DNA of 32,000 nucleotides from Kineococcus radiotolerans SRS30216 = ATCC BAA-149 (GTDB lineage Bacteria; Actinomycetota; Actinomycetes; Actinomycetales; Kineococcaceae): NCBI RefSeq assembly GCF_000017305.1, contig NC_009664.2, positions 3,120,001 to 3,152,000 of the forward strand, read 5' to 3'. Shown piece by piece: positions 16,783 to 25,546 of this stretch (position 1 is its first letter; each line of letters starts with the position of its first letter). The notes under the pieces were generated by a model. It saw only the letters and a program-made list of their open reading frames with translations, ran no database searches and was not told where the DNA came from. The position numbers and the translations under genes were made by a program.

Positions 16783-17642
16783 TGGGCGGCGTCGGGGTCG
16801 GCGGGCTGCTCGGGGTGGGGTTGTTCTGCGCCTGGTGGGCCTGCTGGGAGCGGGTGCCGTCGCGGACGGCCCGGCGTTCCCCCTGGGCGCGGGTGCGCGA
16901 ACTCCTCGACGCCGCGGGGATGCGGGAGGTCCCGGCCCCCGCGCTGCCGCTGGCCTGCCTGCTCGCGGGGCTGGTGTCCGCCGTGGCGGTGACGGGGATC
17001 GGGCGCGTCCTGGTCCTGGGTCTCGCCGCGGGGACCGCCGCGGCGGTCCTCCCGGTGGCCGCCGTGCGCTCCCGGGCCCGGCGACGCCGGCAGGAGGCCG
17101 CCGCGCAGTGGCCGGACGTGGTCGACACCCTGGCCTCGGCGGTGCGGGCCGGGGCGTCGCTGCCGGAGGCGGTGTGCGCCCTGGCCGTGCGGGGCCCGCG
17201 GTCGTCGCGTCCCGCCTTCGCCCGCTTCGCCGCCGCCCACCGCGCCAGCGGCGCCTTCGAACCCGAGCTGCGGCGGTTGCAGGACGAGCTCGCCGACCCG
17301 GTGTTCGACCGGCTGGCGGCCACCCTGCGGATGACGCGGCAGGTGGGGGGCAGCGACCTCGGGACCACGCTGCGGACCCTCTCGGGCTACCTCCGCGAGG
17401 ACCAGCGGACCCGCGGGGAACTGCTGGCCCGGCAGAGCTGGACGGTGTCCGCCGCCCGGCTGGCCGTTGCCGCGCCGTGGGTCGTCCTGGCGCTGCTGGC
17501 GACCCGGCCGGGCACGCTGGAGGCCTTCGACACCGGCGCCGGGGTGGTCGTCCTCGGCGCGGGGGCGGTGGTGTCCGCGGGCTCGTACGCGGTGATGAGC
17601 CGGCTGGGGCGGTTGCCCAGCCCCCGGCGGGTCCTGTCGTGA
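16782..17642 (+). CDS. tadB: Type II secretion system F-family membrane protein (TadB-like)
   Basis: 286 aa. The ATG overlaps the tadA TGA by 1 nt (TGATG). It has N- and C-terminal TM segments flanking a cytoplasmic helical domain (WPDVVDTLASAVRAGASLPEA), and its position matches the Tad operon order. Confidence 0.8.
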   Translation: MGGVGVGGLLGVGLFCAWWACWERVPSRTARRSPWARVRELLDAAGMREVPAPALPLACLLAGLVSAVAVTGIGRVLVLGLAAGTAAAVLPVAAVRSRARRRRQEAAAQWPDVVDTLASAVRAGASLPEAVCALAVRGPRSSRPAFARFAAAHRASGAFEPELRRLQDELADPVFDRLAATLRMTRQVGGSDLGTTLRTLSGYLREDQRTRGELLARQSWTVSAARLAVAAPWVVLALLATRPGTLEAFDTGAGVVVLGAGAVVSAGSYAVMSRLGRLPSPRRVLS

Positions 17643-18526
17643 GCCCCGTCGGTACCGGGGCCCTGCTCGGGCTGCTCGGGGGGACGGGACTGGCGGTGCT
17701 GGTCCTGCTCTCCCCGTGGCGCCGCACGCCCGACCTCACCGCCCGGGTCGCGCCCTACCTGCGCGCTGCCGGACCCCGGGCGGGGGACTGGTGGCGCGAG
17801 CCGCTGCGCAGCACCGGGACGGCCGTCGCGGCGCGGCTGGGCCCCGGGCGGGTGGTCGCCGAGCGGCTGGCCGTCCTCGACCCCGGCGGCGACGCCGAGG
17901 CCGAGGCGGCCCAGCACCGCGCGGAGCAGGTCCTGTGGGCCGTGGCCGGAGCGGTCCTCGCGGTGCTGCTCGCCCGGGTCGCGGCGGGTCTGCCGCCGCT
18001 CGCGGTGCTGGCGCTGCTGGTGTCCGGCGGGGCCGGCGGTGCGCTGGCCCGCGGGGAGCTGCTGGCCCGGCGAGTGCGGGTGCGCCGCGGGGAGATCGCC
18101 GCCGACCTGCCCGACGTCGCGGAGCTGCTCGCGCTCTCCGTCGGGGCGGGGGAGAACGTCGTCGCGGCCCTGGAGCGGGTCTCGGCCGGTTCCGGCCCGC
18201 TGTGCGCGCAGCTGCGGCACAGCCTGGGGCGGGTGCGCACCGGGACGCCGCTGCTGGACGCCCTGGTGGACCTCGCCGGCCGGTGGGGCGTGGCGCCCTT
18301 CACCCGCCTCGTCGACGGGATCGCCGTCGCGGTCGAGTCCGGCAGCCCGCTGGCCGAGGTGCTGCGGGCGCAGGCCGCCGACGCCCGGGAGGCCGAGCGC
18401 CGGCGGCTGCTGGAGACCGGCGGGCGGCGAGAGGTCCAGATGATGGTCCCCGTCGTGTTCGGGGTCCTGCCCGTGACCGTGGTGTTCGCGGTCTTCCCCG
18501 GCCTCGCCCAGCTGCAGCTGGGCTGA
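17639..18526 (+). CDS. tadC: Type II secretion system F-family membrane protein (TadC-like)
   Basis: 295 aa. GTGA overlap with tadB. Contains the GspF-like repeat LPDVAELLALSVGAGENVVAALERV and terminal TM helices. Confidence 0.8.
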   Translation: MSPVGTGALLGLLGGTGLAVLVLLSPWRRTPDLTARVAPYLRAAGPRAGDWWREPLRSTGTAVAARLGPGRVVAERLAVLDPGGDAEAEAAQHRAEQVLWAVAGAVLAVLLARVAAGLPPLAVLALLVSGGAGGALARGELLARRVRVRRGEIAADLPDVAELLALSVGAGENVVAALERVSAGSGPLCAQLRHSLGRVRTGTPLLDALVDLAGRWGVAPFTRLVDGIAVAVESGSPLAEVLRAQAADAREAERRRLLETGGRREVQMMVPVVFGVLPVTVVFAVFPGLAQLQLG

Positions 18527-18616
18527 CCGCCCCGTGCCCCGGATCCCGCGAGCCCCGAGATCCCCCCCGAACCGAACCACCGAACCGGACCACCCCACCG
18601 AACCTGGAGACGAAAC

Positions 18617-18817
18617 GTGTCGACGCTCGACCTGCGCCGGGTGCGCAGCTGGATCGCCCGTGCCCTCGACCACGGCGACGACCGGGGCGACGTCCCCGGC
18701 TGGGTCCTGGTCACGATCATGACGGCCGGGTTGGTCGTGGGCCTGTGGGCGATCGCCGGCCCCCGGCTGGAGGCGGTGTTCACCCAGGCCATGGACGCCG
18801 TCGTCGGGCAGCTGTGA
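18617..18817 (+). CDS. Small membrane protein in the Flp-pilin position (66 aa, one TM helix), putative pilin-like subunit
   Basis: GGAGA lies 6 nt upstream of the GTG. The basic N-terminus is followed by GDVPGWVLVTIMTAGLVVGLWAIAG. Position and size match the Flp/DUF4244-like genes of actinobacterial tad loci, but the canonical G/xxxxEY motif is absent. Confidence 0.6.
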   Translation: MSTLDLRRVRSWIARALDHGDDRGDVPGWVLVTIMTAGLVVGLWAIAGPRLEAVFTQAMDAVVGQL

Positions 18818-19215
18818 GGGGTTCTCCCCGCACCGCCGCGGCCGCCGACGAGGGGTCCGCGGTCGCGGAGTTCGCCGCCGTCGCGGGGCTGCTCGCCCTG
18901 CTGTTCGCCGCGGTCGTGCAGCTGGCGGTCGTGCAGCACGTGCGCGCCACGGCGGCCGACTGCGCGGGGGAGGGAGCCCGCTTCGGGGCCCTGCGGGGCA
19001 ACACCCCCGAGCTGGGGGCGCAGCGCAGCCGGGACCTGCTGGCCGCGTCGTTGTCCCCGCGCTTCGCCCGCGACGTCGAGGCGGGCGTGGTCGAGGTCGG
19101 CGGGCTGGCCGTCGTGGAGGTCGACGTCGTCGCTCCGCTGCCCGTCGTGGGCCTGCTCGGGGTGGGACGCGGGCTGCACCTGCGCGGCCACGCCGTGCTC
19201 GAGGGTGCCGCGTGA
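18814..19215 (+). CDS. TadE-like pseudopilin, 133 aa
   Basis: GTGA overlap with the upstream gene. The N-terminal EGSAVAEFAAVAGLLALLFAAVVQL matches the TadE/TadF G/xxxxEF prepilin-like motif. Confidence 0.75.
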   Translation: MRGSPRTAAAADEGSAVAEFAAVAGLLALLFAAVVQLAVVQHVRATAADCAGEGARFGALRGNTPELGAQRSRDLLAASLSPRFARDVEAGVVEVGGLAVVEVDVVAPLPVVGLLGVGRGLHLRGHAVLEGAA

Positions 19216-19658
19216 ACGCCGGCGCGCGCCCCGGGCCGGAGGCCGGGGTGAGCGACGGGGGCAGCGCCGCGGTGGAGTTCCTCGCCGTCGGGGTGCTGCT
19301 GCTGGTCCCGATCGCGTACCTCGTCCTCACCCTCGGCCGGGTCCAGGCCGCGACGTTCGCCGCGGAGTCCGGTGCGCGGGAGGCGTCGCGGGTCGTGGCC
19401 GCGGCGCCGCGGGGGGAGAGCGCGGCGCGGGCGGCGGTCGCGCTGGCGCTGGCCGACCAGGGGTTCGCCCCCGCCGCGGGGGACCTGGCGCTGGAGTGCG
19501 CGGCCGACCCCTGCCGCTCCCCGGGCGCCGAGGTCGTCGCCACCGTACGCGTCGAGGTGGACCTGCCGCTCGTCCCGGGGTTCCTGGCCGCTGCGGTCCC
19601 CGCGCGGGTGCCCGTGCAGGTGCGCCGGGTCGCGGTCGTGGACCGCTTCGTCCCGTGA
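19212..19658 (+). CDS. TadE-like pseudopilin, 148 aa
   Basis: GTGA overlap. The N-terminal GGSAAVEFLAVGVLLLVPIAYLVL carries the TadE-type motif. Confidence 0.75.
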   Translation: MNAGARPGPEAGVSDGGSAAVEFLAVGVLLLVPIAYLVLTLGRVQAATFAAESGAREASRVVAAAPRGESAARAAVALALADQGFAPAAGDLALECAADPCRSPGAEVVATVRVEVDLPLVPGFLAAAVPARVPVQVRRVAVVDRFVP

Positions 19659-20101
19659 GGCCGCCGCCGGCGGGACGGGCGCGCGACGAGGGCCGGATCG
19701 CGCTGCTCTCCCTCGGGTTCGGGCTGCTGGCCCTGGTCCTGGTGCTCGTCGTCGTGTCCGCCTCGGCGGTCCACCTGCAGCGCAAGCGCCTCCACGCCCT
19801 GGCCGACGCCGCGGCCGCCGACGCCGCCGACGCCCTGGACGGGGCGACCTACTACGCCGGCGACGGCGAGCGGCTGCTCTCCGACGCCTCGGTGCGGGCC
19901 AGCGCGCAGGACTACCTGGGCGGTCAGGGCGACCTGACCGGCGTCGTGGTGGCGGAGGGGACCGGGACCCCGGACGGGCGGACGGCGGTCGTCGTGCTGG
20001 CCGTGGAGGTGCAGCCGGTGTTCGCGGCGTTCGTCCCGGAGGCGTTCGCGGGCGGGATCGGGCTGAGCGCGACCTCGCGCGCGGTGGCCGACCTGCGCTG
20101 A
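19655..20101 (+). CDS. TadG-related / Rv3654c-like pilus assembly protein, 148 aa
   Basis: GTGA overlap. An N-terminal TM helix (IALLSLGFGLLALVLVLVVV) is followed by HLQRKRLHALADAAAADAADAL, resembling the TadE/G-like (Tad) N-terminal domain. Confidence 0.65.
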   Translation: MRPPPAGRARDEGRIALLSLGFGLLALVLVLVVVSASAVHLQRKRLHALADAAAADAADALDGATYYAGDGERLLSDASVRASAQDYLGGQGDLTGVVVAEGTGTPDGRTAVVVLAVEVQPVFAAFVPEAFAGGIGLSATSRAVADLR

Positions 20102-20119
20102 GCGTGCCAGCCTCCGGGC

Positions 20120-20797
20120 GTGAGCGATCTGAGCGGGGCCCGGGTGCTGGTGACGGGCGCGAGCGGCGGTCTCGGCCGGCCGGTCGCGGCGCGGCTGGTG
20201 GGCGCCGGGGCCCGCCTGGTGCTCAGCGGGCGCGACGCGACGCGCCTGACCGGCCTCGGGGGGCACCCGGTGGTGGCGGACCTGCGCCTGCCCGGGGAGC
20301 CGGAGCGGCTGGTCGCGGAGGCGGTGGCGCACCTGGGCGGGCTGGACGGGCTGGTGCACGCCGCGGGCGTGGTGGCGTTCGGGCCGGCGGAGGAGGCCGA
20401 CGACGAGCTGCTGGACGAGCTCTTCCTCGCCGACGCCCTGGGCCCGATCCGGTTACTGCGCGAGGCCGTCCCGCACCTGCGCGCCTCCGGACCGGGGTCC
20501 TTCGCGGTGGTCCTGTCCGCGGTGGTCGCCGAGCGCCCGCAGCCGGGGATGGCGGCCTACTCGGCGGCCAAGGCGGCGCAGAGCGCCTTCACCCTGGCCC
20601 TGGCGCGGGAGGTGCGCCGCGAGGTCCGCGTGCTCGACGTGCGGCCCCCGCACACCGAGACGGGCCTGGCGCAGCGCCCGGTGGCGGGGACGGCGCCGCG
20701 GCTGCCGCGGGGGCTGGAGCCGGACGCGGTGGCGGAGCGGATCGTGCGCGCGATCGTCGACGACGAGCGCGAGCTGCCGGCGGCGGCCTTCGGCTGA
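20120..20797 (+). CDS. Short-chain dehydrogenase/reductase (SDR) family oxidoreductase
   Basis: TGxxxGxG motif (VTGASGGLGR) and catalytic YSAAK are present. 225 aa. It starts 18 nt after the Tad operon stop. Confidence 0.85.
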   Translation: MSDLSGARVLVTGASGGLGRPVAARLVGAGARLVLSGRDATRLTGLGGHPVVADLRLPGEPERLVAEAVAHLGGLDGLVHAAGVVAFGPAEEADDELLDELFLADALGPIRLLREAVPHLRASGPGSFAVVLSAVVAERPQPGMAAYSAAKAAQSAFTLALAREVRREVRVLDVRPPHTETGLAQRPVAGTAPRLPRGLEPDAVAERIVRAIVDDERELPAAAFG

Positions 20798-20812
20798 GGC
20801 CCCGGTGGGGCC
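20798..20812 (+). terminator. Short GC hairpin after the SDR gene (ggcccc-ggt-ggggcc)
   Basis: 6-bp stem and 3-nt loop directly after the TGA at 20795-20797. Weak. Confidence 0.3.
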
Positions 20813-20843
20813 GCGGGGGAGAGACCAGGGCCGGCGCCGGACG

Positions 20844-20849
20844 TAGACT
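20844..20849 (+). promoter_or_regulatory. -10-like TAGACT, 8 nt upstream of the prfB GTG 20858 (probable leaderless or near-leaderless)
   Basis: acgTAGACTcgtcggtcGTG read directly. No SD is present. Confidence 0.4.
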
Positions 20850-20857
20850 CGTCGGTC

Positions 20858-21961
20858 GTGGCCATCGACTTCCCCTCCGAGATCTCCGCCCTCCGCACGA
20901 CCTACGCGTCGATCCGGGAGGTGTCGGACCTCGACGCGCTGCGCAAGGAGCTGGCCGACCTCAACGACGAGGCCGCCGCCCCCAGCCTGTGGGACGACCC
21001 CGAGCACGCCCAGACGGTGACCAGCCGGCTCTCCGCCGTGCAGGCCGAGCTCGACCGCATCGAGAAGATGGGTGGGCGCATCGACGACCTCGAGGTGCTC
21101 GTCGAGCTCTCCGAGGACGAGCACGACGCCGACTCCCTGGCCGAGGCCGAGACCGAGCTGAACGAGGTCAAGGAGCAGCTCGCCCAGCTGGAGGTCCGCA
21201 CCCTGCTGTCGGGGGAGTACGACAGCCGCGAGGCGATCGTCACGATCCGCTCCGAGGCCGGGGGCGTCGACGCCGCCGACTTCGCGGAGATGCTCATGCG
21301 GATGTACCTGCGCTGGGCCGAGCGCCGCGGCTACAAGTCCGAGGTCTACGACACCTCCTACGCGGAGGAGGCGGGCATCAAGTCCGCGACCTTCAAGGTC
21401 GCCGCGCCCTACGCCTACGGCACCCTCAGCGTCGAGCAGGGCACCCACCGACTGGTGCGGATCTCGCCCTTCGACAACCAGGGCCGGCGCCAGACGTCGT
21501 TCGCCGGGGTCGAGGTGCTGCCGGTGGTGGCCGAGACCGACCACGTCGACGTCCCCGAGAACGAGGTCCGCGTCGACGTCTACCGCTCCTCGGGCCCCGG
21601 GGGCCAGTCGGTCAACACCACCGACTCCGCGGTGCGCCTGACCCACCTGCCCACGGGCATCGTGGTGACCTGCCAGAACGAGAAGTCGCAGCTGCAGAAC
21701 AAGGCCGCCGCGATGCGCGTCCTGCAGGCGAAGCTGCTGGAGAAGGCCCGCAAGGACCGCCAGGCCGAGCTGGACGCCCTCAAGGGCGACGACTCCGGCT
21801 CGTGGGGCAACCAGATGCGCTCCTACGTGCTGCACCCGTACCAGATGGTCAAGGACCTGCGGACGAACTACGAGGTCGGCAACACCTCGAGCATCTTCGA
21901 CGGGGAGATCGACAGCTTCCTCGAGGCGGGGATCCGCTGGCGCAAGCAGGGTGAGAGCTGA
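20858..21961 (+). CDS. prfB: Peptide chain release factor 2
   Basis: 367 aa, with the RF2-specific SPF motif (VRISPFD) and the GGQ motif ([19 protein letters not shown]). It is a single uninterrupted ORF with no programmed +1 frameshift site. Confidence 0.97.
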   Translation: MAIDFPSEISALRTTYASIREVSDLDALRKELADLNDEAAAPSLWDDPEHAQTVTSRLSAVQAELDRIEKMGGRIDDLEVLVELSEDEHDADSLAEAETELNEVKEQLAQLEVRTLLSGEYDSREAIVTIRSEAGGVDAADFAEMLMRMYLRWAERRGYKSEVYDTSYAEEAGIKSATFKVAAPYAYGTLSVEQGTHRLVRISPFDNQGRRQTSFAGVEVLPVVAETDHVDVPENEVRVDVYRSSGPGGQSVNTTDSAVRLTHLPTGIVVTCQNEKSQLQNKAAAMRVLQAKLLEKARKDRQAELDALKGDDSGSWGNQMRSYVLHPYQMVKDLRTNYEVGNTSSIFDGEIDSFLEAGIRWRKQGES

Positions 21962-22076
21962 GGATCACCCGTCCGGACCAGGGCGACTGCGCAGCGCGGT
22001 CGGACCGTAGAGTGAGGGTGGCCAGGCCGCACCGCCCGCACCACCCGTCCCGTCCCCGAGACTGGCCACCCCACGA

Positions 22077-22766
22077 GTGATCACCTTCGAGCACGTCAGC
22101 AAGGTCTACGGCGAGGGGCACCGCCCCGCGCTCGCCGAGGTGACCCTGCAGATCGACAAGGGCGACTTCGTCTTCCTCGTCGGTCCCTCCGGGTCGGGCA
22201 AGTCGACGTTCCTGCGCCTGGTCCTCAAGGAGGAGAAGGCCAGCGGCGGGTCGGTCCAGGTCGCCGGGCGCGACGTCGGCCGGCTGCGCAGCTGGAAGGT
22301 GCCGGCCCTGCGCCGCCAGATCGGCGTCGTCTTCCAGGACTTCCGGCTGCTGGCCGACAAGAGCGTCTACGAGAACGTCGCCTTCGCGCTGCAGGTGCTG
22401 GGCAAGCCGCGCCACGTCATCGCCCAGACCGTGCCCGAGACACTGGCCCTGGTCGGGTTGCAGGGCAAGGAGAAGCGCCGCCCGCACGAGCTGTCCGGGG
22501 GTGAGCAGCAGCGGGTGGCGATCGCGCGCGCCTTCGTCAACCGGCCTGCGCTGCTGCTGGCCGACGAGCCCACCGGCAACCTCGACCCCGAGACCAGCGT
22601 GGGGATCATGAAGCTGCTCGACCGCATCAACCGCACCGGGACGACCATCGTCATGGCCACCCACGACGACGACATCGTCGACCAGATGCGCAAGCGCGTC
22701 GTGGAGCTGCGCGACGGCCGCGTCGTGCGCGACGAGGACCGCGGCGTGTACGGGTCGGGTCGCTGA
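22077..22766 (+). CDS. ftsE: Cell-division ABC transporter ATP-binding protein FtsE
   Basis: Begins [11 protein letters not shown]. Walker [10 protein letters not shown], signature [14 protein letters not shown] and Walker [13 protein letters not shown] are present. Followed by ftsX with a TGATG overlap. Confidence 0.95.
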   Translation: MITFEHVSKVYGEGHRPALAEVTLQIDKGDFVFLVGPSGSGKSTFLRLVLKEEKASGGSVQVAGRDVGRLRSWKVPALRRQIGVVFQDFRLLADKSVYENVAFALQVLGKPRHVIAQTVPETLALVGLQGKEKRRPHELSGGEQQRVAIARAFVNRPALLLADEPTGNLDPETSVGIMKLLDRINRTGTTIVMATHDDDIVDQMRKRVVELRDGRVVRDEDRGVYGSGR

Positions 22767-23671
22767 TGCGGATCGGCTTCGTCCTCGGGGAGATGTTCGC
22801 CGGGTTGCGCCGCAACCTCACGATGACCCTGTCGGTCGTGCTCGTGACGATGGTGTCGCTGTTCTTCTTCGGCGCCGGCCTCCTGGTGCAGAAGCAGGCG
22901 GACATCCTCAAGGGCGAGTGGTACGACCGCGTGCAGGTGTCGATCTTCATGTGCGGCGACGAGTCGCTCGCGGAGAACTGCCCCGGCGGGGCCGTCACCG
23001 ACGCCCAGCGCGACGCCCTGCGCACCGCGCTGACCAACGACCCGCTGGTGGACCAGGTCTTCTACGAGTCCAAGCAGGACGCGTTCGAGAACTTCAAGGA
23101 GACGACGTCCCCGACGATCTCGGACAAGGTCACGCCCGACCAGCTGCCCGAGTCCTTCCGGGTCAAGCTGAAGGAGCCCTCGCGCTACCTGGAGCTGAGC
23201 GCCGCGTACGTGGACGACCCTGGCGTCGAGGAGATCCCCGACCAGCGCGCGATCCTGCAGCCGCTCTTCACGGTGCTCGACACCGCGACGCGGGTCTCGC
23301 TGGGCCTGGCCGCCCTCATGCTGCTGTGCTCGATGATGCTCGTCTCCACCACCATCCGGCTGACGGCGTTCAGCCGCCGGCGCGAGACGACGATCATGCG
23401 GCTGGTGGGGGCCTCGCGCGCCCTGATCCAGCTGCCCTTCGTCCTCGAGGGCGTCGTGGCCAGCTTCGTCGGCGGTCTCCTGGCCTCGGGGGCGCTGTGG
23501 GCGATGGTCAACTTCGGGGTCTCCCGGTTGCAGTCCCGCCCGGGCTTCACGACCCGGCTCATCTCCACGCAGGACGTGCTCACCGAGACCGGCCCGGTCA
23601 TCGTCGTCGTGGGCGTGGTCTTCGCGGTCATCGCCTCCCTCTTCTCCCTGCGGCGCTGGCTGAAGGTCTGA
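22766..23671 (+). CDS. ftsX: Cell-division permease-like protein FtsX
   Basis: 301 aa. TM1 is followed by an extracellular domain and then 3 C-terminal TMs, with RRETTIMRLVGASRALIQLPF typical of FtsX. Confidence 0.95.
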   Translation: MRIGFVLGEMFAGLRRNLTMTLSVVLVTMVSLFFFGAGLLVQKQADILKGEWYDRVQVSIFMCGDESLAENCPGGAVTDAQRDALRTALTNDPLVDQVFYESKQDAFENFKETTSPTISDKVTPDQLPESFRVKLKEPSRYLELSAAYVDDPGVEEIPDQRAILQPLFTVLDTATRVSLGLAALMLLCSMMLVSTTIRLTAFSRRRETTIMRLVGASRALIQLPFVLEGVVASFVGGLLASGALWAMVNFGVSRLQSRPGFTTRLISTQDVLTETGPVIVVVGVVFAVIASLFSLRRWLKV

Positions 23672-23754
23672 GCGCCCGCGGCGGAACCACCGCGCGGACC
23701 GGGGGCCCGGGCGCCTAGACTCGAGGGTCGGAGTTCGAGGATCAGGGGGACCAG

Positions 23755-24225
23755 GTGCCGCGCGAGACCGGTCGCAAGGTGATCGCCAGCAACCGCAAGG
23801 CGCGCCACGACTACTTCATCGACGACGTCTACGAGGCGGGCGTCAGCCTGATGGGCACCGAGGTCAAGGCCCTGCGCATGGGCCGCGCCTCGCTGGTGGA
23901 CGGCTTCGCCCACATCGACCGGGGCGAGATGTGGCTGGAGGGGGTCCACATCCCCGAGTACGTCCAGGGGACCTGGACCAACCACACGCCGCGCCGCAAG
24001 CGGAAGCTGCTGCTGCACCGCGAGGAGATCGACCGCTGGGCCGGGAAGGTCCGCGAGTCGGGGCTGACGATCGTCCCGCTGGCGCTGTACTTCCTCGACG
24101 GCCGGGTCAAGGTCGAGATCGGCCTGGCGCGGGGCAAGAAGAACTACGACAAGCGCCACGCGCTGCGCGAGCGCCAGGACCGGCGCGAGGCCGACCGCGC
24201 GATGTCGGAGCGCAAGGACCGCTGA
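23755..24225 (+). CDS. smpB: SsrA-binding protein SmpB
   Basis: 156 aa. Contains [18 protein letters not shown] and [12 protein letters not shown] plus a basic C-terminal tail. Sits directly upstream of the tmRNA gene. Confidence 0.97.
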   Translation: MPRETGRKVIASNRKARHDYFIDDVYEAGVSLMGTEVKALRMGRASLVDGFAHIDRGEMWLEGVHIPEYVQGTWTNHTPRRKRKLLLHREEIDRWAGKVRESGLTIVPLALYFLDGRVKVEIGLARGKKNYDKRHALRERQDRREADRAMSERKDR

Positions 24226-24263
24226 CCGGCGGGAATGCGCACGACACCGGCGCCGTTGAGGGG

Positions 24264-24269
24264 TAAGCT
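24264..24269 (+). promoter_or_regulatory. Possible ssrA promoter -10 TAAGCT, with ACGACA at 24241-24246 17 nt upstream
   Basis: TAnnnT lies 18 nt upstream of the mature tmRNA 5' end, which would give a short RNase P-processed leader. Sequence match only. Confidence 0.3.
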
Positions 24270-24287
24270 GGACGCACAACTGAACAT

Positions 24288-24650
24288 GGGGATGACAGGT
24301 TTCGACGTTGGTCGTCGAGCCAGGGGAAGCGGGTCGAGGATGCATGGTCATCTCGTCAACGATCCATGCAAACCAATAGGTGCCGATTCCAAGCGCACCG
24401 AGTTCGCCCTCGCCGCCTGAGCGAGCGCGACTCTGTCAGCCCGGGTGAGCTCCCGCCCCGGGTCCTGGCATCGACTAGGGGGCTCACCTCTCACCGAGGT
24501 CGCGTAGGTGAGAGGGACAATCAACGCGGCTGGGCCCGGCGATGACATGCCTGTATGAGCATCGGGGCCGAGCAGACCGCTGAACAGGATGCACCCGGAG
24601 AAGCCCTGGTACCACGCTGACGGACGCGGGTTCGATTCCCGCCATCTCCA
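24288..24650 (+). ncRNA. ssrA: Transfer-messenger RNA (tmRNA, SsrA)
   Basis: The 5' GGGGATGACAGGTTTCGAC pairs with the 3' CATCTCC, including the G3:U wobble. T-arm GCGGGTTCGATTCCCGC and discriminator A at 24650 are present. The internal tag ORF ends ...FALAA-TGA. CCA is not encoded (the next bases are CTC). Confidence 0.92.
24382..24420 (+). other. tmRNA tag-peptide reading frame, ADSKRTEFALAA plus stop
   Basis: gcc gat tcc aag cgc acc gag ttc gcc ctc gcc gcc tga follows ccaatagg-t, parallel to the M. tuberculosis ADSHQRDYALAA arrangement. Confidence 0.85.
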
Positions 24651-24700
24651 CTCCACCGCCGCGCGGCGGGACGAGCCCCCGGGCCCGTCCCGCGCGGCAC

Positions 24701-24752
24701 CACGAGAGCGCCCCCGCGGCAGGCACACGCCTGCCGCGGGGGCGCTCTCGTG
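24701..24752 (+). terminator. Perfect 24-bp stem, 4-nt loop hairpin downstream of ssrA
   Basis: 24701-24724 (cacgagagcgcccccgcggcaggc) is the exact reverse complement of 24729-24752, with loop acac. No U-tract, so this would be an I-shaped actinobacterial terminator type. Confidence 0.6.
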
Positions 24753-24844
24753 CTCCGGGCCTACGCCCGCGGTCGGACGGCCCGCGCCGGACCTCCGCCC
24801 GCGCTCCGACGCGCTCGGCCCCGTCCGGGCACGAGGCTCGGGGC

Positions 24845-25546
24845 ATGGACATCCTCACCGCCCGGGGTCTGGTCATGACCTACGGGAGCACCCGCGCCCT
24901 CGACGGCGTCGACGTCACCGTGCGGGCCGGCGAGTCGGTCGCCGTGATGGGCCCCTCGGGGTCGGGCAAGACGACGCTGCTGCACGTCCTGGCCGGGGTG
25001 CTGCGCCCCACCTCCGGCACGGTCGACCTCGCCGGGACCGACCTGGTCGCGCTGAGCGACGCGCAGCGCACCCGGCTGCGCCGCGACGACTTCGGCTTCG
25101 TCTTCCAGTCCGGGCAGCTGCTGGCCGAGCTGCCCGCCGACGAGAACGCCGCCCTGCCCCTCCTGCTGGCCGGGCGCCCGCGGGCGGCCGCCACGGCGCG
25201 CGCCCGGGAGCTGCTGGCCCGGCTGGGGCTCGCGGGGATGGAGCGCCGCCGCCCGGGGGAGCTGTCGGGCGGGCAGGCCCAGCGGGTCGCCATCGCCCGG
25301 GCGCTGGTCGGCTCGCCCTCGGTCGTCTTCGCCGACGAGCCCACCGGCGCCCTGGACCAGGCCACCGGCCGCGAGGTCCTGGACCTGCTCACCTCCGCCG
25401 CCCGGGCCGGCGGGGCCGCCCTCGTCGTCGTCACCCACGACCCCGGCGTGGCCCGCTGGTGCGACCGGACCCTGGCCATGCGCGACGGCCGCGTCGTCGG
25501 CGAGTTCCGCGCTCCCGCCCCGCAGCACCAGGTGCCCCTCCCGTGA
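24845..25546 (+). CDS. ABC transporter ATP-binding protein (MacB/BceA/LolD-like subfamily)
   Basis: Walker A GPSGSGKTTLL, Q-loop, signature [15 protein letters not shown] and Walker B VVFADEPTGALD are present. 233 aa. Confidence 0.9.
   Translation: MDILTARGLVMTYGSTRALDGVDVTVRAGESVAVMGPSGSGKTTLLHVLAGVLRPTSGTVDLAGTDLVALSDAQRTRLRRDDFGFVFQSGQLLAELPADENAALPLLLAGRPRAAATARARELLARLGLAGMERRRPGELSGGQAQRVAIARALVGSPSVVFADEPTGALDQATGREVLDLLTSAARAGGAALVVVTHDPGVARWCDRTLAMRDGRVVGEFRAPAPQHQVPLP

Noticed and set aside
11914-17642. Several very long plus-strand ORFs (11914..12972, 12047..15592, 13467..17642 upstream part, 12309..13406) and the minus-strand ORF 12879..15428
   Set aside because: These are alternative frames or antisense to the FHA-FtsK gene, with extreme Arg/Pro/Gly content. 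Only the last 286 codons of 13467..17642 (tadB) are supported.
15589-20359. Minus-strand ORFs of 716, 522, 990 and 478 aa across the tad operon
   Set aside because: These are shadow ORFs opposite motif-bearing tad genes. They are low-complexity Arg/Pro/Gly/Ala sequence without motifs.
20858-21961. Programmed +1 frameshift site in prfB
   Set aside because: I looked for an early in-frame TGA preceded by an SD-like element, as in E. coli prfB. The gene is one uninterrupted 367-codon ORF, as in many Actinobacteria, so no recoding is needed.
24235-24420. 61-aa plus-strand ORF ending ...EFALAA
   Set aside because: It lies inside the tmRNA gene, and only its last 12 codons are the trans-translation tag. 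It is not a conventional CDS.
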